Part shown: positions 12,097-21,464 of the stretch, in pieces | Position numbering within the stretch: the stretch's first letter is position 1 | Layout: every line of letters begins with the position of its first letter | Source of the DNA: Tricharina praecox | Lineage: Eukaryota | Direction: 5' to 3' | NCBI RefSeq assembly: GCF_024521635.1 | Contig: NW_026250417.1 | Span: 62,001 to 126,000 of the forward strand | Length of the DNA stretch: 64,000 bases | Program-made: the position numbers and the translations under genes | The notes under the pieces: generated by a model | What the model saw: only the letters and a program-made list of their open reading frames with translations | Database searches by the model: none | Told to the model about the DNA's origin: nothing

Positions 12097-12741
12097 ATGC
12101 CGACCGCCAACTTCGCGACGTTCCTAATCATCTGCCGTTTGTTCCGCCCGTTTGCGCCGCGCACGCGCGCTCGCTTGCTAACCTCATCAGCGACATGTTT
12201 CGTCCTCGGCATTCTGTTCACGAATTGGTCCTATGACCACCACACACTGTGGTCCACCCTCCCCATGTCGGAAGCCACCATCGCCGCCGTCGAAACCCAC
12301 TACAGCATGCTCTGCCGGTCGCCGCCGATCCTCGCCCGCCTCCTCCACGCCGTCATCGTCACCGGCCTGCTGGGTTTCTTCGTTAAGCTCTACCGCCCGA
12401 GCGAGAGCAACATGCTTTTCGATGGCGCCAGTCTGGTGCTATACATGATCGGCCTCATCATGTACGGTACCAACATCATCCGTGGGCTGCGTACGGTGGA
12501 GAGTGGTGAGTACGGTGAGGATATTGGGCGCGTTGATACGCTGAGGGTCATGGCGGCTAGCCATGTCATCCTTGCGTTGGTATTGGTGGGTGTCCTGGTT
12601 CTGCAGAGTGGACAATGGTACGCGGAGAGGAAGGAGGGGCAGGAGGTGGCTGCGGCGATACAGTTGGAGGAGGAGGAGGAGGAGAAAAGGTTGGCAGCTG
12701 CCGCCGTGGTGGACAAGACGAAGAGTAAGAAGAGGAATTAG
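12097..12741 (+). CDS. SHR3: ER membrane chaperone of amino-acid permeases, Shr3 family (~196 aa after intron 12137-12190)
   Basis: Spliced N-terminus FATFLIICPTCFVLGILF; KLYRPSESNMLFDGASLVLY; VMAASHVILALVLVGVLVLQSGQWYA; four hydrophobic segments and a charged tail. Confidence 0.92.
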   Translation: MPTANFATFLIICRLFRPFAPRTRARLLTSSATCFVLGILFTNWSYDHHTLWSTLPMSEATIAAVETHYSMLCRSPPILARLLHAVIVTGLLGFFVKLYRPSESNMLFDGASLVLYMIGLIMYGTNIIRGLRTVESGEYGEDIGRVDTLRVMAASHVILALVLVGVLVLQSGQWYAERKEGQEVAAAIQLEEEEEEKRLAAAAVVDKTKSKKRN

Positions 12742-13543
12742 TGGATGTATGGGAAAAGGTGGACCCAGGAGCTTGAGGTTCTTTTCAATTTTAAGTTGAT
12801 GCCATGTGGAGAAGACTCTACTTACTGGAATCAATATCGCTATCAGCAGCACAGTGTCGGCCGGACGCCCATCCATCCAGCTTGCTGTCAAAATGTGATC
12901 CTACTGATATCACCATGTGACATATACCTCCAATTTTGTCTGATGCCGGTTTATGAACACGTGCCCGCGAGCACCGAACGGAATCCATTCACTCTCGGAA
13001 GAGAAGGTGCAGGATATCTTCCAAGACGATGGCGACGTTTTCGGAATCATCGTCTAAGGGCCGACACGTAAGGCTACGAAAAACTCGGATCGGCCCATCT
13101 CGCAAGAAACCCGAAACCCCCAGTGAAGGTCCAGACCAAAGATCGAGCGATCCGGTGAAGGGAGGTAGGTTGTCACGCGACTCGGACAAGTCGTGAAGGA
13201 AGATGAGGGGTCACTATCGATCACCACCCGAGTACGCAGGCAATGCACGTTTCAGTATGTAAAACCACTTGACTTCATTCGTTCGCATCCAACCCTAATC
13301 TGACACTGTTCCCGTAGACCGAAGACCGAAGACGGTGATAAACCAGAGCTCCCCCCAAAAATGCGCACAACCAAAGTCGAATCGAATGAACATTCATTCT
13401 CCAGCAAAGACAAAGACAAAGGAAATAGGAAATAGGAAAATAGGAAAAAAATGACAAAAGAAAACATTTCCATCCTTGCTAATCCGGCTATCCCTCACTT
13501 ACTCTTACCAAATGTTGGGGAGGGGGCGAGGACGAAGGGGAAG

Positions 13544-16500
13544 TTAGTACACGGTTCCGCAAGGAGCGGTGGTGCCCTTGATGACGGTAGTGGTCTTCTC
13601 GCAGACCTTGACTGGAGCGACCTCCTTCACAACGGTGACAGGCTTAACCGGGGCGCAAGGGCGGACAGTCTCGAAGTACTCATTGGGGCGGACAGTCTCG
13701 ATGGTGACGGCGTTGGGGCTCTTGTAGACAGCCTTGCTCTCAAAGTCGACGAGCTCAAGGTTGGCTGGAGGGCATCCGAACTCGGCCTCGTGGATGGCGT
13801 GTGCTGTGGTGCAGCTGTCAGTGCAGCTGTCAGTGCAGCCGGGGTAAGCGTATCCGCGCTTCACGTTGATGTTGATGTTCTCGTTGATGGTTCCTCCAGT
13901 GCACTCACCCTCGGAGTGAGCGATGGAGTGGGGGATTTCGCAGCAGTTGCCGCCGCCGCAGTTGCCGTTGTTTCCGCAGCAGCAGTTGTTGCAGCAGTTG
14001 TTGCTGCAGCAGCTGTTGTTCTCCCGGTGACGCTCGTGACGGTCGCAGCGGTTGTTGTTGTTGTCGATGGGGCAATACTGGAGGGGCTGAACGGCGGCAG
14101 CACTAGGGATAGCGGCGGCAGCGGCAGTGGGGCAGGGCTGAGCGGCGTAGTTGTTCTGGATGGGCTGGATCACCTGGGGGCTGTTGCAGTCGCACGATGA
14201 GGAGCTGGGGCATCCGCAGAAGCCCTCGTTGTTTCCAGAGTTACCGCTGTTGATGGTGTTTCCGCCGAACTCCTGGCCACCGCAAGAGCCACAGCCGCTG
14301 TCGCAGTCGCTGTTGCAGCTGGTGTTTCCGAAACTGCCACCGTTGCCGCTCTCGCCGCTGTTGATGGTGTTTCCGCCGAACTCCTGGCCTCCGGAGCTGC
14401 CACACTCCTCCTGACGCTTATAAAGTCCATTGCATCCGCAAGCCTCGGTGCAAGGCTCCTTGGTGCACTTGACGATGGGAGCATTGGTTGCCTGGGAGTG
14501 GACGGGCTTGACGTGCTGGTCAACGACGGGCTGCACAACGTCCTGGACGGGTTGGATAATGTCGACGGGCTGGACATCTTCGGAGGTGTTGATGCGGGTG
14601 GGCTCAACGCGGGTGACCTTGGGCTCAATCACATCTGTCTTGGGCGCATAGCCGGCTGTGCCGCGAACGGAGTAGGGACCGGTAGCGGACCCGGAGGCAA
14701 AAGGGCCGGGGCCAGCAATACCGTTCACGTAGCCGGCGTAAGGAGCGGCGGCGGCAGGAGCAGCAACACCGTTGGCAAAGCCAGTGAAAGGAGCAGCAAC
14801 ACCGTTGGCATAGCTAGTGAAAGGAGCGGCGGCGGCTGCTGCATTGTAGCCAGAGTAGCTACCGGGAAGGGCGGCAGCAGGGGTGAAGCGGTCGCCCGCT
14901 TCGACGATGGGCTCCTCCACAGTGTTCACCACCGGGGCGTTGATAGTCTCGGAGTGGACGGGCCTAATGTGCTGGTCAACAACAGGCTGAACGACGTCCT
15001 GGACAGGCTGGATGATGTCAACAGGCTGGACCTGTTTGGAGTTGTTGACGATCGGGGCCTTGGTCTCAGTGACAGCGGGCTTGACCACATCGCACTTGGT
15101 GGGGCATCCACAGAAGTTTGCGGGGCATCCGCAGTCACGGCGGGCGACGCCGTTGCAGCAAGCCTTAGTGCAGGGCTCGACACAAGTGTTGACGATGGGA
15201 GCGTTTGTGGACTGGGAGTATACAGGCTTGACGTGCTGGTCGACTACGGGCTGCACAACGTCCTGAACGGGTTGGATAATGTCGACGGGCTGGACATCTT
15301 CGGAGGTGTTGATGCGGGTGGGCTCAACGCGGGTGACCTTGGGCTCAATCACATTCGCTTTGGGTGCATAGCCAGCCGGACCGACGACAGACGCGGAGTA
15401 TGGGCCGGTTACAGAGGCGGGCGCGAAAGGGCCGGGCGCAGCAATACCGTTCACGTAGCCGGCGTAAGGAGCGGCGGCGGCAGGAGCAGCAACACCGTTG
15501 GCAAAGCCAGTGAAAGGAGCGGCGGCGGCTGCTGCATTGTAGCCAGAGTAGCTACCGGGAAGGGCAGCAGCAGGGGTGAAGCGGTCGCCCGCTTCGACGA
15601 TGGGCTCCTCCACAGTGTTCACCACCGGGGCGTTGATAGTCTCGGAGTGGACGGGTCTAATGTGCTGGTCAACAACAGGCTGAACGACGTCCTGGACAGG
15701 CTGGATGATGTGAACAGGCTGGACCTCCGTGGAGTTGTTGACGATCGGGGCCTTGGTCTCAGTGACAGCGGGCTTGACCACATCGCACTTGGTGGGGCAT
15801 CCACAGAAGTTTGCGGGGCATCCGCAGTCACGGCGGGCGACGCCGTTGCAGCAAGCCTTAGTGCAGGGCTCGACGCAAGTGTTGACGATGGGAGCTTTGG
15901 TGCACTCGGAGTATACGGGCTTGATGTGCTCCTCAACGATCGGCTGGATGACCTTGTGCACGGGCTGAATGACCTCCGCCGGAGTCACGACAGGCTGGAC
16001 GACTGTGGTAGCAGGGCGGGAGACGCGAGTAGGACGGACGACACGAACTCGGTCAGCTTCCTCGTTGGAAGAGGCGCTCGCCGAAGCGCAGGCAGTAGCA
16101 CCGGCACCTGCCGATTCGTCGACCTCCTCCAAGGCATCGTTGCATCCGCAACCGCCGAAACCGACGTCCTGGCCGCGTTTGTACAAGTCGCAGCCGCAGG
16201 CGGACTGGGGGGCGGCAGTGCAGGTCACAGCCGGGGCGGTGACGACGACCTCAGGGCAAGGCTGAGCCACCTCCTCAACAATCTCAGCGATGGGACCATT
16301 GTGGATGTTCTTGTTCTCAGCACCGGAAGCAGCGTTGGCCTCGGTGTTGATGTAGTTGTTCACGATCGGTGCAGGCTGGCACGTGGGAGTGGGGTAGGTG
16401 ACCACAAACTCGGTGTAAGGAACCTTTTCGATCTCAGTGACGGTGTGGCAGGTCGTGACTGGAACTGCAACGGGGATCTTCTCCACCACCGGAACGTACT

Positions 16501-17959
16501 CTGTGGTGGTGATCTCAACAGGGCAAGGCGGGGGCTGGGGCTTGTTGAGGTTCTTGTTGATGTTGATGTTCTTGGTAGGGTTATGCTGGTAGTTGCGGCG
16601 CGCAAGAGGCGAGCCCTTGATCAGGCCAACATCACGCTTGTTCAGGAAGGACAGGAAGGAGCGAGTGTTTGCGAATCCAGTGTTGCCGAGGATCTCGGCA
16701 TCGACGTTCTGGTTGTTCTGAATGCTCTGGACGATGTTCTGGTTGTCACTGGAGCAATCCATCATCTGCCGCTTCGAGTGCTGCTTGGAGTGCTCAGCAT
16801 TGTTAAAACGATCGCCCGCGCAGCGGTTGCGGTTGGAGGATTGGGAGCTGGAGTTCTGGGCGACGGCGCCTTTGGGCTTGCCATTGGGCCTGCACTGGCC
16901 GTAGCATGGGTTGCATCCGTAGTTGCAAGGGTTGTTGAACTGCTGCTGCTCACGGTCCGCGAAGGTGACGGAGTTGATGACATTGAACTCGTCCATACCA
17001 CCGAATGCACCCCTCGTAAGGCCACCGAGCGAGCGCTTGGCCTTGAAGAAACCGGAATCGGCGAACTTGACGTCGTTGATGACATTGAACTCGTCCTTGC
17101 TTCCGCATGAAGAGGTCGGGGTGGGGGCAGCAAAGAAGACAGGCTGGGTCACAACCTGGGTCGCGGTCTCAGAGCCGAAGAACTCATCAATCGGGAGGTT
17201 GGCCATCAGACCCTGATTGGCGTCGACCTCCTGGTAGATGTTCTGGTTGTCACGGTCGGCCTTGAACTGGCGCTTCTCCTGGGCGCATGGCTCGCAAGTG
17301 CCGCAGCCGCCGCAGGAGGGGGATGTCGCAGGGTAAGCTTGGTATGCGGCGGGGAAGGCAGCCTGGAAGGTGGCGGGGAAGCCAGTGCAGGTGGGAACGG
17401 CGCAACCGCCGGTGCAGGCAGGGACGCCGCACAATCCGGCCCTGTTCATGGTGGGCATGCGGACCTTCTCGACCTTGCGTCCAACCTCAGCGTTGATGTT
17501 CTGGTTGTTGTCGATGCTCTGGTTGACGTTGTGGCACCGGTTGCATCCGCTTCCGCCGCAGCCGTCGCCGCATCCACCGCCGTTGCCACCGCAGCAGCCG
17601 CCGTTGTTGCAATTGCTGCAGCAGTTGCTCTCGTTGCATCCCTGCTCGCAGCGGTGGTTGCGGTTGCGGCTGCTGCCATCGCCGTCCTCACGGTGGCGGT
17701 TGCTCAGGTGGTTGTTGTTCTGCTCACGGTTGCATTGCTCGTTGCAAGAACCGCCGTTGCGCTTCACAACGATGCCGTCGGCAACGGCAGTGTTCCCGAT
17801 CAACTGGGCATTGGCGGAATCTGTAAAGTCCTCGGCGACGGGCGCCGCAGGGAGGATAGCGGTCGTCTCGGAACCGACAATGCGCTGGGGAGCAGCATTG
17901 GCGAAGACTCCGAGGGAGACGACAGCGAGGACAAGCGAGTGGTTGATCTGCATCTGCAT
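13544..17959 (-). CDS. Large secreted Cys/Asn/Val/Pro-rich repetitive protein (1471 aa), probable Kex2-processed polyprotein of unknown function
   Basis: 4.4-kb intronless ORF with strong C-ending codon bias; signal peptide (..LVLAVVSLGVFANA|AP); 8 KR and 3 RR sites; internal duplications; upstream TATA and 5'UTR intron. The start could be 17959 or 17953. Confidence 0.9.
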   Translation of the reverse strand: MQMQINHSLVLAVVSLGVFANAAPQRIVGSETTAILPAAPVAEDFTDSANAQLIGNTAVADGIVVKRNGGSCNEQCNREQNNNHLSNRHREDGDGSSRNRNHRCEQGCNESNCCSNCNNGGCCGGNGGGCGDGCGGSGCNRCHNVNQSIDNNQNINAEVGRKVEKVRMPTMNRAGLCGVPACTGGCAVPTCTGFPATFQAAFPAAYQAYPATSPSCGGCGTCEPCAQEKRQFKADRDNQNIYQEVDANQGLMANLPIDEFFGSETATQVVTQPVFFAAPTPTSSCGSKDEFNVINDVKFADSGFFKAKRSLGGLTRGAFGGMDEFNVINSVTFADREQQQFNNPCNYGCNPCYGQCRPNGKPKGAVAQNSSSQSSNRNRCAGDRFNNAEHSKQHSKRQMMDCSSDNQNIVQSIQNNQNVDAEILGNTGFANTRSFLSFLNKRDVGLIKGSPLARRNYQHNPTKNININKNLNKPQPPPCPVEITTTEYVPVVEKIPVAVPVTTCHTVTEIEKVPYTEFVVTYPTPTCQPAPIVNNYINTEANAASGAENKNIHNGPIAEIVEEVAQPCPEVVVTAPAVTCTAAPQSACGCDLYKRGQDVGFGGCGCNDALEEVDESAGAGATACASASASSNEEADRVRVVRPTRVSRPATTVVQPVVTPAEVIQPVHKVIQPIVEEHIKPVYSECTKAPIVNTCVEPCTKACCNGVARRDCGCPANFCGCPTKCDVVKPAVTETKAPIVNNSTEVQPVHIIQPVQDVVQPVVDQHIRPVHSETINAPVVNTVEEPIVEAGDRFTPAAALPGSYSGYNAAAAAAPFTGFANGVAAPAAAAPYAGYVNGIAAPGPFAPASVTGPYSASVVGPAGYAPKANVIEPKVTRVEPTRINTSEDVQPVDIIQPVQDVVQPVVDQHVKPVYSQSTNAPIVNTCVEPCTKACCNGVARRDCGCPANFCGCPTKCDVVKPAVTETKAPIVNNSKQVQPVDIIQPVQDVVQPVVDQHIRPVHSETINAPVVNTVEEPIVEAGDRFTPAAALPGSYSGYNAAAAAAPFTSYANGVAAPFTGFANGVAAPAAAAPYAGYVNGIAGPGPFASGSATGPYSVRGTAGYAPKTDVIEPKVTRVEPTRINTSEDVQPVDIIQPVQDVVQPVVDQHVKPVHSQATNAPIVKCTKEPCTEACGCNGLYKRQEECGSSGGQEFGGNTINSGESGNGGSFGNTSCNSDCDSGCGSCGGQEFGGNTINSGNSGNNEGFCGCPSSSSCDCNSPQVIQPIQNNYAAQPCPTAAAAAIPSAAAVQPLQYCPIDNNNNRCDRHERHRENNSCCSNNCCNNCCCGNNGNCGGGNCCEIPHSIAHSEGECTGGTINENININVKRGYAYPGCTDSCTDSCTTAHAIHEAEFGCPPANLELVDFESKAVYKSPNAVTIETVRPNEYFETVRPCAPVKPVTVVKEVAPVKVCEKTTTVIKGTTAPCGTVY
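14470..15925 (-). repeat. Intragenic tandem duplication, unit 693-720 bp (231-240 aa), ~2 copies
   Basis: 14521 matches 15241 (offset 720); 14821 matches 15514 and 15181 matches 15874 (offset 693); few substitutions plus small in-frame indels. Confidence 0.95.
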
Positions 17960-17985
17960 CTTGACGGTTGGTTGGTTTTACTGAA

Positions 17986-18056
17986 CTAGAAAGTGTTAGC
18001 GGACCATCTCGAAATGACCGGAAAGCAGTCATCTAGAAGGATGCAGGGGGACAAAC
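17986..18056 (-). other. Probable 71-nt 5'UTR intron of the polyprotein gene
   Basis: Donor GTTTGT (same as the SHR3 intron), branch GCTAAC, acceptor TTTCTAG 26 nt before the ATG. Confidence 0.65.
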
Positions 18057-18165
18057 AGAGTGAATATAAGAGAATGTTGAAGAGAATGAATGAAGTTGGA
18101 ATGTTGGATGCAGATGAAGAACGAATGAGTTGATGCTGGATGAGATTCCGGGACGGTCGAGCTGG

Positions 18166-18173
18166 TTTATATA
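18166..18173 (-). promoter_or_regulatory. TATA box of the polyprotein gene
   Basis: TATATAAA on the minus strand followed by a pyrimidine-rich CATC/TCATTC initiator-like region. Confidence 0.65.
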
Positions 18174-20462
18174 GATTCCGCCCTCCATATGTTTCCCTGT
18201 GAGTCCGCTAGAGAAATCCTCATGATTGGGAGGGTGTTTGGTTCCCAAACCTTGCGGAGCAGGAAGATCGTGCTCGCAAGGCTGGAGTGGCCATGGAACG
18301 CCGCATAAACCCCCTTCGTATAATCTTGAGGTCCGTGTCAAGTTCGAGGCATAGAGAAATGACTTGTCTGCTCCATTGCAACCCAGTGTATGGAAACCTG
18401 AGAAGCCGTGCATATAGTCCGCCCTGACGCTTGCGGCCAGCAACTCGGGCCGACTATATTCACCAGGTCGACCGTTCCTAACATCCGGTAGAAAGATGCG
18501 AGCATAAAAACCTTATTGACCCAAGCCGTGGTAGTCTAATATCCGTGATCTTATTCCACCGCTGCAGCTCTTGATTTACTGCTACTATGCCTTATCAGGG
18601 ACCATGGGAATAGGGTTCTCAGGGACCAGTCGGATCTTTAAGCATGTGGGATGAAGCATGACCAAATTAGGTTCAAGCATCTTTTTATTCCCACTCTGCA
18701 GAATATACCTTCGTGCGGAATATATCCGTGACCTAGACCCCTTTTCGGAAACTCGCCATATTTTTCCCACAGCCTTTGCAACGGCGAGAAGCTCTACCTA
18801 CGTCTACTTGATCCCGCAGGTAGTCGGCAAATAAAAGCTTTTCACTGACTAACATCCCCCGGCTTAAGGTTTTGGGATTACCATAGGGTTTGAGGCGATT
18901 CTGGTTACAGTAACGCCTCCAATACCTAAAGCTAGAAGAACCGTAGTATAAAGGCGACCGATGTCAGTGCATCGCCTTCCTTTTCCGATGGTGGAACTCA
19001 TCTATGGAAACCCGGACGTGCACGGCAACCCGTCGATTATCGCCCGTGTACCATAGGTTCGGTCGACCGGATAATGTCTTTGCAACTGTGCATTGCCGGA
19101 CGAAACAGATCCCTCCAACGCCGCCGTCGGTATCATATCGCTGAAGAAGACGATCCCCACCCTGCGTGCGAAATCTTCAAAAACAACTGTCATAGCTGCC
19201 CCGAATGTACATACTACCTAGTATGACCATCCTGATGATACCTATCCACGACAAGCCGAGCTGTAGGTGCCCGGTAAGTTGTGAGGGTTTGAAATGAGCA
19301 CTGACCTCAGGCTGGTCCTCACCAGCTGATGCCGTGACCGTCTAGGGCAGAGTCCATATTTGTATCGGCACATCGCCATCAGCAGTCATTCGCAGTTTTC
19401 CCTCCACTGATCGAAATTCTCTTCCGAGTGGACTGGACCGTTGAGAGATTTTCGTCAGCAAGGGCGTTTCCCTGATACAAGATATGTTGGTAAACCTCTT
19501 CTCTCCTCCTTTGAACCCTTAAGCACAATCCCATAGATGTCGGTGTTTACTCATTGATTGCTTGCGACCTATCTAAGTCATGACAATGTACCCATACCGT
19601 TGCCTTGTCCATTGTTCAACCTGACATCGATCAGTCCCCAGCGGCCCGTTGTGGCTTCCCCAGCAAAACACAACCTTTTTTTATTGTTTAATCATTAATT
19701 ACTTGCGACCTATCTAGATTGTGGCAGTACACGCATCGTTTCCATGTCCACTATCCAGCTCCTGCAGAATGCAAGCCGGCAGTCAGGCTGGTCAGCCAGA
19801 TTTATACCGAGTAATAATCTGTGGGTCTCTCCATTCCTTGGCAATCTTTCAACGGCACAATGTACGGTATTTTCTCATGCACACACTCACACAGTTGCAT
19901 GTTTGTATTTCCATAATCCAAGTCCACCACATGCACCAGGATCGGGAGCCGTTTTTGATGCTCGTGAATACCGCGTCGTCCATCTCATCTCCAACGGTAG
20001 GTGTGATGTAAACATCGAAGGAATTCTCAAATACCGGAGATCGAAACCTGACTGCTTAATCAAGGTCTTACCGAACGGACGATACACACTTGATCGATCA
20101 CATTCACCCCGCCGGCGGCTGGCTCCGAAAACCGATCGCGACTTCATGTGACCGCGCCTACCAAAATCCGATTGACCTATGCATTGACTTCCGCAATGAT
20201 CGCCAGTCGACGTCGATTCGGCTGGAACGGCTAGGACCCACTTCGCGCATCGGATTCGGCTAATGACGTGAACTGCTCCCAGCGATCATCGGGGAATTTT
20301 CCTCAAGAGCCCTCTCCGCTCGATCCTCCCGGTGTCGAAGCGTGTAACTAGAGAGATCAGTATGACGTTTACGATCTTCAAATCCCCATGTAACGAACAT
20401 ATCAATGCCCCTCCAGTGTGTACTTATACCCCTCTTCGTTTCCGCTTCCTTCGTCGCTATCA

Positions 20463-21464
20463 ATGAACTTCGTATTCCGTCTCTCGAGCTCACTGCGTCC
20501 AACCCTTACCAAAAACTTCACAAAACCCACGACCACTGCATTCTCCAGAAAAATGTCAAACGCCGCCGGAACACCTGGGGCCGACCGCCTGACCGCCAAC
20601 CACCTCTTCTCCTTCCCCCAGACATACGTCGCCGTCGTTACCGGAGGCGCCACCGGAATCGGCTTGATGATCACGCAGGCGCTGGCCACGAACGGTGCAA
20701 AGGTGTACATCACTGGCCGACGCGAGAAAGACCTTGAGAACGTGGCGAAGCGGTATCCCGGCAAGATCATTCCCGTGGCGGCCGATATCACCGATGAGGC
20801 GTCCGTCCAGAAGCTAGTGGCCGAGGTCGGAAAGAACGAGCCGAAAGGCATCCACCTGCTCGTCAACAACGCCGGTGTTGCGAAGGAAAAGCAGACGACC
20901 TCCTTCTCCACCGCCGACGTTGACTTCAAGAATGCCGACAGTCTCGCGAAGCACCTGGCGAAGGCCACGCGCGAGAGCTGGGCCGAGACTTTCGAAACGA
21001 ACGTGACGGCGCAGTACTTCACCTCGGTCGCTTTCGTCCCCCTGCTCGCTGCGGGAACGAAAAACACCCCCGGTTATTCCAGCAGCATCGTCAACATCGC
21101 ATCCATCAGCGGCGTGATGAAGAACAGCAGCAGGGGGCAGTTCGCTTATGCGGCTAGCAAAGCTGCGTTCTTGCAACTCACACGGAATCTGGCGACCACG
21201 TTGAAGGAAATCAAGGTTAGGGTCAACTCGATCGCGCCTGGCATCTTCCCGAGCGAGATGACGGCGGATTCGAGTGACGAGGCGGGAAAGAGTTCGCTTG
21301 AGGGTACTGGGAAGGCGGATGGGATCCCGGCTGGCCGCACGGGAAGTGAACAGGACATGGCTGCAGCAATCCTGTACCTGGCCGGCCCTGGTGGAGTGTT
21401 CGTGAACGGGCTGACCGTTTATGTGGACGGTGGAAACCTCCTTACTGCTCCGTCTGTTGCATAA
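20463..21464 (+). CDS. Classical short-chain dehydrogenase/reductase (alternative start 20553)
   Basis: VVTGGATGIG, LVNNAG, IVNIASISG, YAASK and VRVNSIAPG motifs; the ORF-track start at 20418 is a GTG. Confidence 0.95.
   Translation: MNFVFRLSSSLRPTLTKNFTKPTTTAFSRKMSNAAGTPGADRLTANHLFSFPQTYVAVVTGGATGIGLMITQALATNGAKVYITGRREKDLENVAKRYPGKIIPVAADITDEASVQKLVAEVGKNEPKGIHLLVNNAGVAKEKQTTSFSTADVDFKNADSLAKHLAKATRESWAETFETNVTAQYFTSVAFVPLLAAGTKNTPGYSSSIVNIASISGVMKNSSRGQFAYAASKAAFLQLTRNLATTLKEIKVRVNSIAPGIFPSEMTADSSDEAGKSSLEGTGKADGIPAGRTGSEQDMAAAILYLAGPGGVFVNGLTVYVDGGNLLTAPSVA

Noticed and set aside
14498-17110. 870-aa plus-strand ORF (and the 249- and 216-aa neighbours) antisense to the polyprotein
   Set aside because: Shadow ORFs expected from strong C-ending codon bias on the coding strand; non-ATG start and no motifs.
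19551-19760. Diverged direct repeat (CTTGCGACCTATCTA at 19561 and 19702)
   Set aside because: Short, two-copy and decayed; no LTR/TIR hallmarks.
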